64,000 nt of DNA from IMG/VR virus record IMGVR_UViG_3300037189_023236, one strand, 5' to 3'. This document shows, piece by piece, positions 15,106 to 23,713 of this stretch. The number at the start of each line of letters is the position of its first letter. The stretch's first letter is position 1. Both the position numbers and the translations under genes were made by a program. Below the pieces are notes generated by a model that was given only the letters and a program-made list of their open reading frames with translations, had not been told where the DNA came from and ran no database searches. This DNA is from a virus.

Positions 15106-16281
15106 TCACCCGTCTTCTTCTCTACTTTGAAAATACTGCAAGCATCTTACGCCGTTGTTTTCGTCTAACCATTCCATTAAACCATTCGTGCCGCGTTTAA
15201 CAGGATAGTCGTTGTCTACAAGCGGCGGCAAATAATCGATATTGCGCGAGACGTACTGCCGTTTTTCGCGTGTTCCGTGCCACAAGTGCAACGCTGCGTT
15301 GTTTTTGAGATATGTCAATTTTGGATTATACGCGAGAACCCGGGCGCGATAAGCAGAAAATGCGCTTGTTGTTGCAAACAGGTTGTTGCAGTTTAGCCAG
15401 TAGTTAATTGTTGATGTTTTTGGCATTCTATTATCGAGCGCGAACCAAAAGCCCGTATCGCCGCCGCCAACAGGATGATCTTCATACCAGCCGCCTATGG
15501 CTTCAAAAAACTCGCGTCTAAACGCCCAAGCGAAGCCTGGATGATACACGTCGCCGTTTGGCGCTTCGGCGTACATTAGACAATGCGCGGCGCAGCGTCT
15601 GTCGATAAGCGTAGTTATGTTATCACGATCACGCCAAACAGCATTTGAAAACGGCTGCATGACGTCGTATTCTTCGAGTAGCTCACTTGTCGCATTGAGC
15701 CAATCGCGTCGGCTGAACTCTAGATCTGCATCCATAAATACCAGTTTTGGATGCGGCAACAACGCAGCCCCGATGTTGTACAGATTTTCCTTCAAAAACA
15801 ATATGTTTTTAACTGTTGCCGGTATTTGTTTGTGTATACAGCATTCTGGAAGCTCTGTGAGCGGCACTGCGCCCGGCATAACAGCTTCGACAACTGCTAC
15901 TGGATAGCCGGCGTCAGCAAAGTGCTGCACTACACGCAGCAAATTAGCGCGCGGTAATTTGAAATTGCACGGCGAGTAGTACGCCAAAACAATTCCAATA
16001 TCTTGACGTATTAGCGGCGCGTACTGCGCTCGTATTTTTCCGCGAAAGGCTAACTGCATAAGCCGGTCGCGAACTGCCATGCTAAGTATGACGCCGCGTT
16101 TATTCGCTTCGTCATCTAGCCATTGCGCGACACGGTCAGGGTGCTCGACTTTCGTGTCTAGCCACTGAACACGGTTTGATAATGTTTTGCCGTCAAGTTG
16201 TGTCTTTAGCAAAAAATTTGCTGCGCGAAGTAACCGTGAGCCAATCAATACGGAGCTGCGCAACATGTCGTAACTCGCCAT
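15106..16281 (-). CDS. GT-A-fold glycosyltransferase-like protein (start uncertain)
   Basis: KENL.N, FMDAD (DxD), HPGFAWA, GGGD and HLWHG motifs. Confidence 0.7.
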   Translation of the reverse strand: MASYDMLRSSVLIGSRLLRAANFLLKTQLDGKTLSNRVQWLDTKVEHPDRVAQWLDDEANKRGVILSMAVRDRLMQLAFRGKIRAQYAPLIRQDIGIVLAYYSPCNFKLPRANLLRVVQHFADAGYPVAVVEAVMPGAVPLTELPECCIHKQIPATVKNILFLKENLYNIGAALLPHPKLVFMDADLEFSRRDWLNATSELLEEYDVMQPFSNAVWRDRDNITTLIDRRCAAHCLMYAEAPNGDVYHPGFAWAFRREFFEAIGGWYEDHPVGGGDTGFWFALDNRMPKTSTINYWLNCNNLFATTSAFSAYRARVLAYNPKLTYLKNNAALHLWHGTREKRQYVSRNIDYLPPLVDNDYPVKRGTNGLMEWLDENNGVRCLQYFQSREEDG

Positions 16282-16814
16282 CGGCTAGACACCGGATCGT
16301 AGAATAGGCCGGCTTCTTCATTTTCGCCAAGCACGTAATCTACGCCTGATGCCATAATCATACGATTTGCCGGGAGGCTATCCAAACTTTGATGCGCTAG
16401 CGTTAATGTATTAATCGTTGTGTTTATGAGGCGCACCCAACTCGCCGCGGTTCCGCCAGTCAAACCCGTAATTTTGGCTGAGTTAGTAGCTGAAATTACG
16501 AGCATATTGGCTGAGCCGACAGCGTAATTATTTACTGTGCCGCTGATTTCTCGAGCTTCCCAAACGAGTTTGACGTAATTTCCCGCAACTTGTTTTTGAT
16601 TAAGGGCCGACTGCAGATCTGTAACGTCTGTAATTTCAAGAGTAACGGCGCCGGTTTTTGCCGCGACAGACTGCACTGGCGCGAGTGTGCCCAAATAAGA
16701 CGCAGGTATTTTTTTAGTTGTAGGTGCGCCGCTCAGATCTACAACAATAAATAGGTCGGCCGGATTGACGGCAAATGTCGGGGGAAGCTCTGAGATTTTT
16801 ACGTCTAAAGGCAT
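16245..16814 (-). CDS. Tail/fibre-associated structural protein
   Basis: KISELP...TKKI and VQSVA.KTGAVTL fibre repeats. Confidence 0.65.
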   Translation of the reverse strand: MPLDVKISELPPTFAVNPADLFIVVDLSGAPTTKKIPASYLGTLAPVQSVAAKTGAVTLEITDVTDLQSALNQKQVAGNYVKLVWEAREISGTVNNYAVGSANMLVISATNSAKITGLTGGTAASWVRLINTTINTLTLAHQSLDSLPANRMIMASGVDYVLGENEEAGLFYDPVSSRWRVTTCCAAPY

Positions 16815-16826
16815 TTCAGCACCGCG

Positions 16827-17105
16827 TTATCCGATGATAATTCGTTTGAAATCTTCCGTGTAAAACACAGCACCGGCTTCTGTAAGCAGCGCCGGCAAAC
16901 CGGACGTTGTGCCGACGAGTAAACCGCCATCAATACTGTACAGCGGCTCCGTGATATCCAGTACCGTGCTGTCTGCTTTTTTGAGAAATACACGCCCGTC
17001 AACGTAATTTATGCCAAACTCGCCAAACATTAGTTGCGCAGCAGTTGGCGTACGCCCGGGTACGGCAGTACGCCTGTGGACAATAATATTTTGCGTTGTT
17101 GCCAT
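16827..17105 (-). CDS. Tail fibre-associated small protein
   Basis: RR.AVPG..P...L..GE..IN..DG motif. Confidence 0.65.
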   Translation of the reverse strand: MATTQNIIVHRRTAVPGRTPTAAQLMFGEFGINYVDGRVFLKKADSTVLDITEPLYSIDGGLLVGTTSGLPALLTEAGAVFYTEDFKRIIIG

Positions 17106-17106
17106 G

Positions 17107-17952
17107 TCAGAAGCCACCGCCGTCAATAATATCTGTTACATTGACCTTTTGACTCAGCGATTGCGTTATAGTCGTTAACGTGCTCGACAGGTCTACAACG
17201 TCTGTTATAACGTGCGTGTGTACCAATTCAGCTTTGGCATCTAAAGCAAATTGCATCGCTATAGAAATCGGCTTGTCGATATCCGCGGTGTTGTTTACGT
17301 TCGCTAGGCCGATGTCGTCTTGCGTTACAAATACGTCTCCAGTCCGGCCAACGACGCTTTTGACGGGCGAGTATGTGAAAACACGATCCGGCGTTAAAAA
17401 TAAGTTTATGGAGCCTTCTGCAATGGCGTCGGTGGTGCCGGGCGACGCCACAATCTCTACAAACATACTCCCCGACCACCGATACACACGGCCAGTATTG
17501 TTGATCACATACAACTTGCCTGCTTCGCCCTCTTCCGGCAGGTAACTCTCGTCGCCGTATTCGACAATATCGTCGATGAACCCGGGCAACTGCTCTGCCG
17601 GAATAAGCCCGTTTACAAGCGTCGCGTAATTTTGCGATTTAACGAAGGCTGTTGTAGCCAATCTGTTTGACGAATCGTTTGTCGGCGGTGTTGGGGCGAG
17701 GACGTTTGCCGCGAAAAACGTGTCGTCAAGAAACGTTTTTTCGCCGGAAATTTGTTGGGAACCAGCGAGGCCGACAAACGCGCCAAAACCGCCGATTTCA
17801 ATAATCTCAGATGCGGTTGTATCTGGCTCTAAGCCGCGGCCATAGTACAATACGCCGCTTATTTCGTTAAACGCAAGTTCGGCGTTTAACAATTGCGAAG
17901 GCGCGCCCGGCTCCCCCGATAAGCGGCGTTTAATTCTAACAGCTTTAGTCAT
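17107..17952 (-). CDS. Tail fibre-like protein
   Basis: IKRR...G.P..L..AELA.N, APT..ND.S..LATTAFV, GL.NV.NT.D..KP.S and IDGG.F motifs. Confidence 0.75.
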   Translation of the reverse strand: MTKAVRIKRRLSGEPGAPSQLLNAELAFNEISGVLYYGRGLEPDTTASEIIEIGGFGAFVGLAGSQQISGEKTFLDDTFFAANVLAPTPPTNDSSNRLATTAFVKSQNYATLVNGLIPAEQLPGFIDDIVEYGDESYLPEEGEAGKLYVINNTGRVYRWSGSMFVEIVASPGTTDAIAEGSINLFLTPDRVFTYSPVKSVVGRTGDVFVTQDDIGLANVNNTADIDKPISIAMQFALDAKAELVHTHVITDVVDLSSTLTTITQSLSQKVNVTDIIDGGGF

Positions 17953-17961
17953 CGCTGAGTC

Positions 17962-18603
17962 CTACTGAGCTGAAGCAGCAAATTCGTCAATAACTGCTTT
18001 GTTTTGAGCATACTCTTGCGCAAGTGCCGCCCTTCGATTTCCGTATTCTAGCATTATTGCCGTGAAATTTTCGATCGTATCGACAGCGTGTACTGCCTGG
18101 TTTTTATCGATAATCGGCGGCAAAGGCATACCTGCAGCAACGGCGGCTTGGGCTAGCACATAATTTCCAGTTAACAAAGTCACGTCGCTATCTGTCAAAC
18201 CAAGAGTAAACCCGGCGCTCACCAGGCAACCCGCGGCAATTTGCTCGTTAAACCAGCTCTCGAGCAGTGTGTAGTTGTGGGCAATTGTGCGCTGCCGCTC
18301 TTTGTATTCCGGCCAATTTTGTAAAAACGCAAGAGCTTCGCTTACCTGGGCTTCTGTTGCATGCTCTTCAAAATCGACGCGGTAGTGTGACATGTCTGGC
18401 CCAGCGCCAGAAACACCGCAAACGGGCGCAATAGCCGAAATAGCTTTATGCAGTTGCGCTAGTTCGTCACCAGTTACAGCGAAAAAAGTGTGTGCAGAAT
18501 TTACTTCAACTGTCGGAGGCGCGGCTAGTTGAGGCGGGTTTGCCGTAACAGGCGCGGTATTTTCCGCCGGCATATTGTCTTGGTTTTCAGTCATATAGCT
18601 CAC
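17962..18603 (-). CDS. Putative fibre assembly/chaperone-like protein
   Basis: Directly follows a fibre gene; assignment is from position only. Confidence 0.45.
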   Translation of the reverse strand: MSYMTENQDNMPAENTAPVTANPPQLAAPPTVEVNSAHTFFAVTGDELAQLHKAISAIAPVCGVSGAGPDMSHYRVDFEEHATEAQVSEALAFLQNWPEYKERQRTIAHNYTLLESWFNEQIAAGCLVSAGFTLGLTDSDVTLLTGNYVLAQAAVAAGMPLPPIIDKNQAVHAVDTIENFTAIMLEYGNRRAALAQEYAQNKAVIDEFAASAQ

Positions 18604-19829
18604 ATCATTGGTAGGGCAGTTAATCGCCCGCTAGTAAAGTATGAATCCGCGGATATACCGTATTCACACGGGACAAGCGAACAAAAGCCACCTAATGTCA
18701 AACCAGCGGCTATGCCAGACGACACAACCGTAGCGGACGCCTGCCCGCTTAAAGCTGTCGGGGCAATTGCGTTACCGCCGGGCTCAATCGTGTGGGCTGC
18801 GGGGCCAAGAATTACGGAGTCAAGCGTATTTACGTTTGCTGTAAGCGGCGCGCTTAACGTAACAACATTGCCAGATACCGCGGTAATAACCGGTCGCGGC
18901 TCCGACGGCATATTGGCGCCGGACACTGTTGTAAAATTTGGCACTACGTTGTCATCTACAACAGATAACGCAAGCTGATTACCGCCCGCGACATTAACGT
19001 TTGTAGAGCCAGTTGGAGGCGCAGAAATTGTGGTGGTGTACGGCGTGCCTGCCATAATTCGCGTATGAAAATAACCGTACCGTACAAAACTTTGCGCAAA
19101 AACAGGTATAGGCTGCCGGACGCCAAGCACAAGTTGCAAACAGTTGCCGCTACCGACGGAGTTATTCCAAATACGCCACGCTGACGTGGAATAAGTATGC
19201 GGCGACGGCAGTCCGACAGCTAGCGGCCGCTCAAGCTGATTGTAGTAGTTGTAAACGAGTCGGCGGCCGAGCAAATCCGATGTAGTGCCGGCTGTAGTGT
19301 TCGTTCTAATGGTGCCGATATAGCGCATTGTTGCCATACCGCTGCGCACTAAAACGCCGTTTAGCGATACAAGCGAAACAGCGCGCGTAGTGTTGTTTGT
19401 CCACTGCACCGCGCTTAACGTTACAACACCGTTTACTTGATACGCAAAAATATCGAAGTTCTTGGACGCCGGTAAACCGCCAATTCCAATCATAGTCGTA
19501 TTGTTAAACGTATACTGCTGCCAGTTTGTGCCTGACCATAACGTGATTTTGTCAGACGAATGCGGCACGTACCATACGACTGCCGCTGACGTATTCCAAG
19601 TCAACGTGGCCCAAGGATCTGGCGCAGAAACATTTTGTATTACGGACAACCGGCCGCCCGCTGTTGCGTTGTCGCCGGAGCTGTACGGCGCCAATCTGTT
19701 ATACGTTTCTAACCCGTCGCCAATTTTTAAGACACGCGTGTCGAGCTCGTACGCGGGCTCGCCTGGGGCAAGCACAGGATTAGCTGTAGCCCAGTTGGCG
19801 GCGGTGTCTCTACGAAATTGAAAAGCCAT
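18600..19829 (-). CDS. Tail fibre/receptor-binding-like protein
   Basis: FQFRRDTAANW..ANPVL..GE..YE.DT...KIGDG; T/S/N-rich beta region. Confidence 0.75.
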   Translation of the reverse strand: MAFQFRRDTAANWATANPVLAPGEPAYELDTRVLKIGDGLETYNRLAPYSSGDNATAGGRLSVIQNVSAPDPWATLTWNTSAAVVWYVPHSSDKITLWSGTNWQQYTFNNTTMIGIGGLPASKNFDIFAYQVNGVVTLSAVQWTNNTTRAVSLVSLNGVLVRSGMATMRYIGTIRTNTTAGTTSDLLGRRLVYNYYNQLERPLAVGLPSPHTYSTSAWRIWNNSVGSGNCLQLVLGVRQPIPVFAQSFVRYGYFHTRIMAGTPYTTTISAPPTGSTNVNVAGGNQLALSVVDDNVVPNFTTVSGANMPSEPRPVITAVSGNVVTLSAPLTANVNTLDSVILGPAAHTIEPGGNAIAPTALSGQASATVVSSGIAAGLTLGGFCSLVPCEYGISADSYFTSGRLTALPMM

Positions 19830-19831
19830 GG

Positions 19832-20188
19832 TTAAAAATTACCGCAGTCGAGGACTAGATCTAAATCGGTCAAGTTTTTGTTAACCCAGTCAGATTGCGC
19901 TGAGTCGTAGGCTAGCACTTGATTCTCTTGCGGAACAATTACGCGAACGTTATCTAGTTGGTCAATTGACAGCACAACTATGCCGCCAAAACCGTTAACG
20001 CTAGCTACTGTGTTCAACGCGCTAACTTGATTGTTTACGATAATTTCAGCCAGCGCCATTAAGTCGCCGACGGTTGTCTTTTTGTTTACATAATTAGCCG
20101 GCCCAAATTGCGAGTCGACGAGCGGAAGCATATCCGACGTCGCGAGCGCGTATTTGCGCGGCAACGATGAAATTTTCTGGTCTATCAT
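19832..20188 (-). CDS. Tail/fibre-associated protein
   Basis: KISSLP, VASVNG..G.V.L and QVL.YD...WVN motifs. Confidence 0.65.
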   Translation of the reverse strand: MIDQKISSLPRKYALATSDMLPLVDSQFGPANYVNKKTTVGDLMALAEIIVNNQVSALNTVASVNGFGGIVVLSIDQLDNVRVIVPQENQVLAYDSAQSDWVNKNLTDLDLVLDCGNF

Positions 20189-20191
20189 TTA

Positions 20192-20509
20192 CTAGCCCTT
20201 GAAGTTGTATGTTTGCTCGTCGTCATCTTCTTCGTAGTGCTGCCGTTTTTTCTTCTTTGGCTGGTTTTGCGCTGTATCGATGCTGTCGGCCGCCCTGACT
20301 AGCCATTTGGCTAATTTTCTTGCGTCGCTGGCGGTAAGCATTGGCGGGTATTCGCCGTAAGTGTCTATAACCACGCCGGCATCAACGTGATTGCCAACTT
20401 CCCACTCGCCTACTTGCGCCAGAACTGTCGGCGCAGTTGTCGGCGCCGTATTGGCTGTCAAGTTTTTAAACTCAATCTCGTTAGCCGTATTTAAACTAAG
20501 CGTAGCCAC
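20192..20509 (-). CDS. Hypothetical protein
   Basis: GGAGA RBS with GTG start. Confidence 0.65.
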   Translation of the reverse strand: MATLSLNTANEIEFKNLTANTAPTTAPTVLAQVGEWEVGNHVDAGVVIDTYGEYPPMLTASDARKLAKWLVRAADSIDTAQNQPKKKKRQHYEEDDDEQTYNFKG

Positions 20510-20524
20510 AAGCCGTATTATCTC

Positions 20525-20980
20525 CTAGCGCACAAAATCAGACTTTTTCATTTTTCCGCCCTTTGGCAGCAGCGGACGATTCTCTACTATATCATCCAAG
20601 AACATTATCGCAATTTTAGCCGCGCGCCGTAAACCTTCGTGAATACCGGAGTGAAAGGCGCTTTTTGCTTTTACTGGTTGTTTTCCAGCTAAATCGGCTA
20701 TTGTGCTCAGGCACGCGGCGTATCTAGCCTTTAAAAGCCGATATTCGTTTGACTGCTTTGTCACGCTAGACGAATGATCGCCGAGTGCCGCTTTGATTTT
20801 AGCCACAGGTTGCACAGGTATGCCGTTAGACTGCATTATCTGTGCCGCATTGAGCAACTCGTTAATATCCGCAAACGAGGTGCTCGGAGTGTGGCGCTGC
20901 GCTACATCAAATAGAACACCGCACAAATGCTGCAAATCTGCTTCAGTTAGTACGGGCGCCAGCAACTTTAATCCTTGCAT
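20525..20980 (-). CDS. Hypothetical protein
   Basis: ORF tiles with its neighbours. Confidence 0.6.
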   Translation of the reverse strand: MQGLKLLAPVLTEADLQHLCGVLFDVAQRHTPSTSFADINELLNAAQIMQSNGIPVQPVAKIKAALGDHSSSVTKQSNEYRLLKARYAACLSTIADLAGKQPVKAKSAFHSGIHEGLRRAAKIAIMFLDDIVENRPLLPKGGKMKKSDFVR

Positions 20981-21596
20981 TGGATTCCTTTCCGCGCAAA
21001 ACGACATCTAAAACCCGTTGATTAACCTCGTCTACTGTGCCGTAAGCGGGCACAATAGCCACGATTGTTTTCGGCTCAGTTACCGCGAGCCTTCTGGCGT
21101 AATCTAAATAAGCCGCGCGCATCATTTTTTTCTCAGCTAACGTAACGCGCTCATACCTGTCTTTGCGTGTCTCGTGCTGTTTGCGCGAATCGGCGTCCTC
21201 CGGATCTATGTCTAGCAGAACGCAGATATCTGGACGAATAGCGGTGTGATCAAAAATGTCGTATACGAGTCGCTCGTCTGTATCGTTTAACGCAACCTGA
21301 TAAACGAGCGTAGACAGCAACCAACGATCGCAAACAATTGAATACGCGTCGCTTAGTTTCTTTTGAATGTAATGGCTTAATTCCGCGCGGGCTGCAGAGA
21401 AAAGTAACATCTGCGCGCGCTCTGAAATCGGGTCGTCGTTATCGAGCAGTATTTGTCGAATGGCCTTTCCGATTTTAGTTGTGCCCGGGTCGGCAACTAA
21501 CTCTACTAGGCGTTTTTGACACGCAAAGTAATCAGAAAGCAACCGCGCTTGCGTACTTTTGCCAGCGCCGTCAATACCTTCCAGACAAATAAACAT
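20943..21596 (-). CDS. tmk: Thymidylate kinase
   Basis: EGIDGAGKSTQ, LLFSAAR, CDR...S..YQ and PD..VLLD motifs. Confidence 0.93.
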   Translation of the reverse strand: MFICLEGIDGAGKSTQARLLSDYFACQKRLVELVADPGTTKIGKAIRQILLDNDDPISERAQMLLFSAARAELSHYIQKKLSDAYSIVCDRWLLSTLVYQVALNDTDERLVYDIFDHTAIRPDICVLLDIDPEDADSRKQHETRKDRYERVTLAEKKMMRAAYLDYARRLAVTEPKTIVAIVPAYGTVDEVNQRVLDVVLRGKESNARIKVAGARTN

Positions 21597-21604
21597 GTTG
21601 TTCC

Positions 21605-21922
21605 TTAACGGCCAGTGATGTTTACGCTGCGTGTCGTATCGGGCATGGTGCGTTGATTTCTAGACGCTTGCCCTGTTATCTGCACGGGCGCGCCTGGCGT
21701 TACATCGGTTGGCGTATTTGCCGCAAGAATGTATTCGCTGCCATCAGAAAATCTAATCGCAAAGCCGTCGACGGTCTGGCCAACGCCGACCACGCCCTTT
21801 GTTAATAGCCAATTGTTTGCAAACTCGCAAAAGTGGTTTATTACACCACCCTCGACTACAGCGCCGGGATTGGCTGTAGCATACTCGTCACGAATTGCGT
21901 CTAGAAGCTTTTTTTCTTGCAT
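21605..21922 (-). CDS. Hypothetical protein
   Basis: ORF tiles with its neighbours. Confidence 0.65.
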   Translation of the reverse strand: MQEKKLLDAIRDEYATANPGAVVEGGVINHFCEFANNWLLTKGVVGVGQTVDGFAIRFSDGSEYILAANTPTDVTPGAPVQITGQASRNQRTMPDTTRSVNITGR

Positions 21923-22646
21923 TTTTCTTTTCCTCGTTAGCCGCCGATGCTTGTTTCGCTGCGTGACGTGTCCTGATGCCTTCGGTGCTTTTTTCCACTA
22001 ACCGCGCAAGCTTCGCGTCGGCCTTCAGCTTTTTGATTAACTGATTGGCGTCAGCGATTAAATTTCTGGCAGCGTGCGCGTACAACCTAAGTGTGTAATA
22101 GCGCGACACGGCATGAACGGCTAGTAGATCGCCATCTAGCTGCGCAAGGATTTTACGCGACTTAGGAACTGCTGCAAGCCCGTTTTTCTGCAAAAATTTG
22201 ATGACACTTTTGCCGTTACAAATGATTCCCGCGACCGCAACAATTTGTGTGGCTAACGGGCTTACGCTTAACCGGCCGCGATACTCTATATCGCGCTTAG
22301 TCTCGACCATGCGATAGTCGCGCGTAAGCGTAGATACCATGGACGCAATTTGTACGTTTGTTATCGCGGCAATATTTTCAAACGTTCGTCGGGCTACGCC
22401 AACGGCTTCGCTAAGAACCGCGGCATGCACAATACTTTCAATAATGTCGTGTTTATCTGGCGGAACAATGTCGCTGCGCATGTCTTTAAAGAGCTGTTGC
22501 GCTATCTGCTCTGCCAGCTTTGCGACGGCAAGGCAATACGTTGTTATTTCGCAATCGGCGTTTGTTTTTTCATTGCCGTAAGCTTCGCGGGCAAAATTAA
22601 CAGTTGTCGTAATTTGCAATACTTGCTTGGTCATCGGCACCTCCAT
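21888..22646 (-). CDS. Degenerate RelA/SpoT-type HD-hydrolase-like protein
   Basis: Helical pattern matches the HD_4 family, but HD and other metal ligands are replaced (AAVLSEAV, VAVAGIICN). Confidence 0.5.
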   Translation of the reverse strand: MEVPMTKQVLQITTTVNFAREAYGNEKTNADCEITTYCLAVAKLAEQIAQQLFKDMRSDIVPPDKHDIIESIVHAAVLSEAVGVARRTFENIAAITNVQIASMVSTLTRDYRMVETKRDIEYRGRLSVSPLATQIVAVAGIICNGKSVIKFLQKNGLAAVPKSRKILAQLDGDLLAVHAVSRYYTLRLYAHAARNLIADANQLIKKLKADAKLARLVEKSTEGIRTRHAAKQASAANEEKKNARKKASRRNS

Positions 22647-22659
22647 GCGCCAACGCCCG

Positions 22660-23700
22660 TCATGCGTCGAATATGTTTGTCCAGCTCATTTCAAACGCAT
22701 TCTTGCGGGCGTTTAAGTTGTAGTTTGTTTTGTGATTTAACCGCTGGATATGTCGCGGTTCAGCCACAAGCTCTTGTAGTACGTACATGAATTTGTCGTA
22801 GTCTGGTAGTGCATGAGCTACGCCATTTTCGTCGTAGTCTATGTCAGTCTTTACCAGCACAGAATTGACGTCTGGGAACAAAAAATCTGTTTGCGGAGAA
22901 ATAGCTGTAGCTAAAACCGGCGTACCCATCGTGATAGACGTTATAGCGCAGAGCCCGTAATTGTCGCACTCCGCCGGTAGTAGCGTAATGTCGTGCGCGG
23001 AATACAAATGCGCCCTAGAAACTACCGGTACGCCGCGCAAAATACTTACGCGATTTTTGCAACGCCGCTGAAGCGTCAAGAAAAACTTGACTATTGACGG
23101 CGAGAACTGACTTGGTGTTATGGCCACCGTTAGATAGGCCTCTTCCATATGTTCAATAAGAAACCGCAATGATGCAATAAATGCCGCAGAAGTGCATTTA
23201 GCGTTTCGATCAAACCACGGCAAAAAAATACGCACATTGCGCGCATTTACAGTTCCGGATTTTTTGAAAACAGGCAAACCCGGATCAAACGGAATTAACT
23301 CAGCAGAGCGCAATTTGAATATCTCAGAAAAGAGCATTTGGCATTCTGCGCTCATCGTAATTACGTGATCAGCGCGTTGGAGCGTTTTTTTGAACGGCCT
23401 AACTAGCTCCTGCCACATCGGTGCTACTACTGTTTTTATGTTTTTGCGCTTTGCGTAATTTATTTGCTCTATGGGCGGAACGTGCGTCCAAATAATTACG
23501 CGCTGTTTTTTAGCCCACTCGGTGTATTTGATTATGTTGCGTGTCACTACGGCGCTGTCGCACGGTAGACCCAAAAAACCCGGCGTATTATCGGAGTAGA
23601 TATCGAACTCTGCGCCAAGTTTCTGCAACAGCAGCGCCAGTCTTGCAGCTAAATAGGCCTGGTCACAGTGCGCGTAGTGTGTATAAATGCCGACACGCAT
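22660..23700 (-). CDS. GT-B (GT4-like) glycosyltransferase
   Basis: ADHVITMS and LYSAHD..LLPA.CDNYGL......GTPVLAT motifs; start ATG 23700. Confidence 0.75.
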   Translation of the reverse strand: MRVGIYTHYAHCDQAYLAARLALLLQKLGAEFDIYSDNTPGFLGLPCDSAVVTRNIIKYTEWAKKQRVIIWTHVPPIEQINYAKRKNIKTVVAPMWQELVRPFKKTLQRADHVITMSAECQMLFSEIFKLRSAELIPFDPGLPVFKKSGTVNARNVRIFLPWFDRNAKCTSAAFIASLRFLIEHMEEAYLTVAITPSQFSPSIVKFFLTLQRRCKNRVSILRGVPVVSRAHLYSAHDITLLPAECDNYGLCAITSITMGTPVLATAISPQTDFLFPDVNSVLVKTDIDYDENGVAHALPDYDKFMYVLQELVAEPRHIQRLNHKTNYNLNARKNAFEMSWTNIFDA

Positions 23701-23713
23701 TATTGGGCCTCTA

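Noticed and set aside
14587-19829. Diversity-generating retroelement suggested by Mtd-like N-termini
   Set aside because: No reverse transcriptase and no TR/VR repeat pair are visible; this N-terminal motif is common in ordinary fibres.
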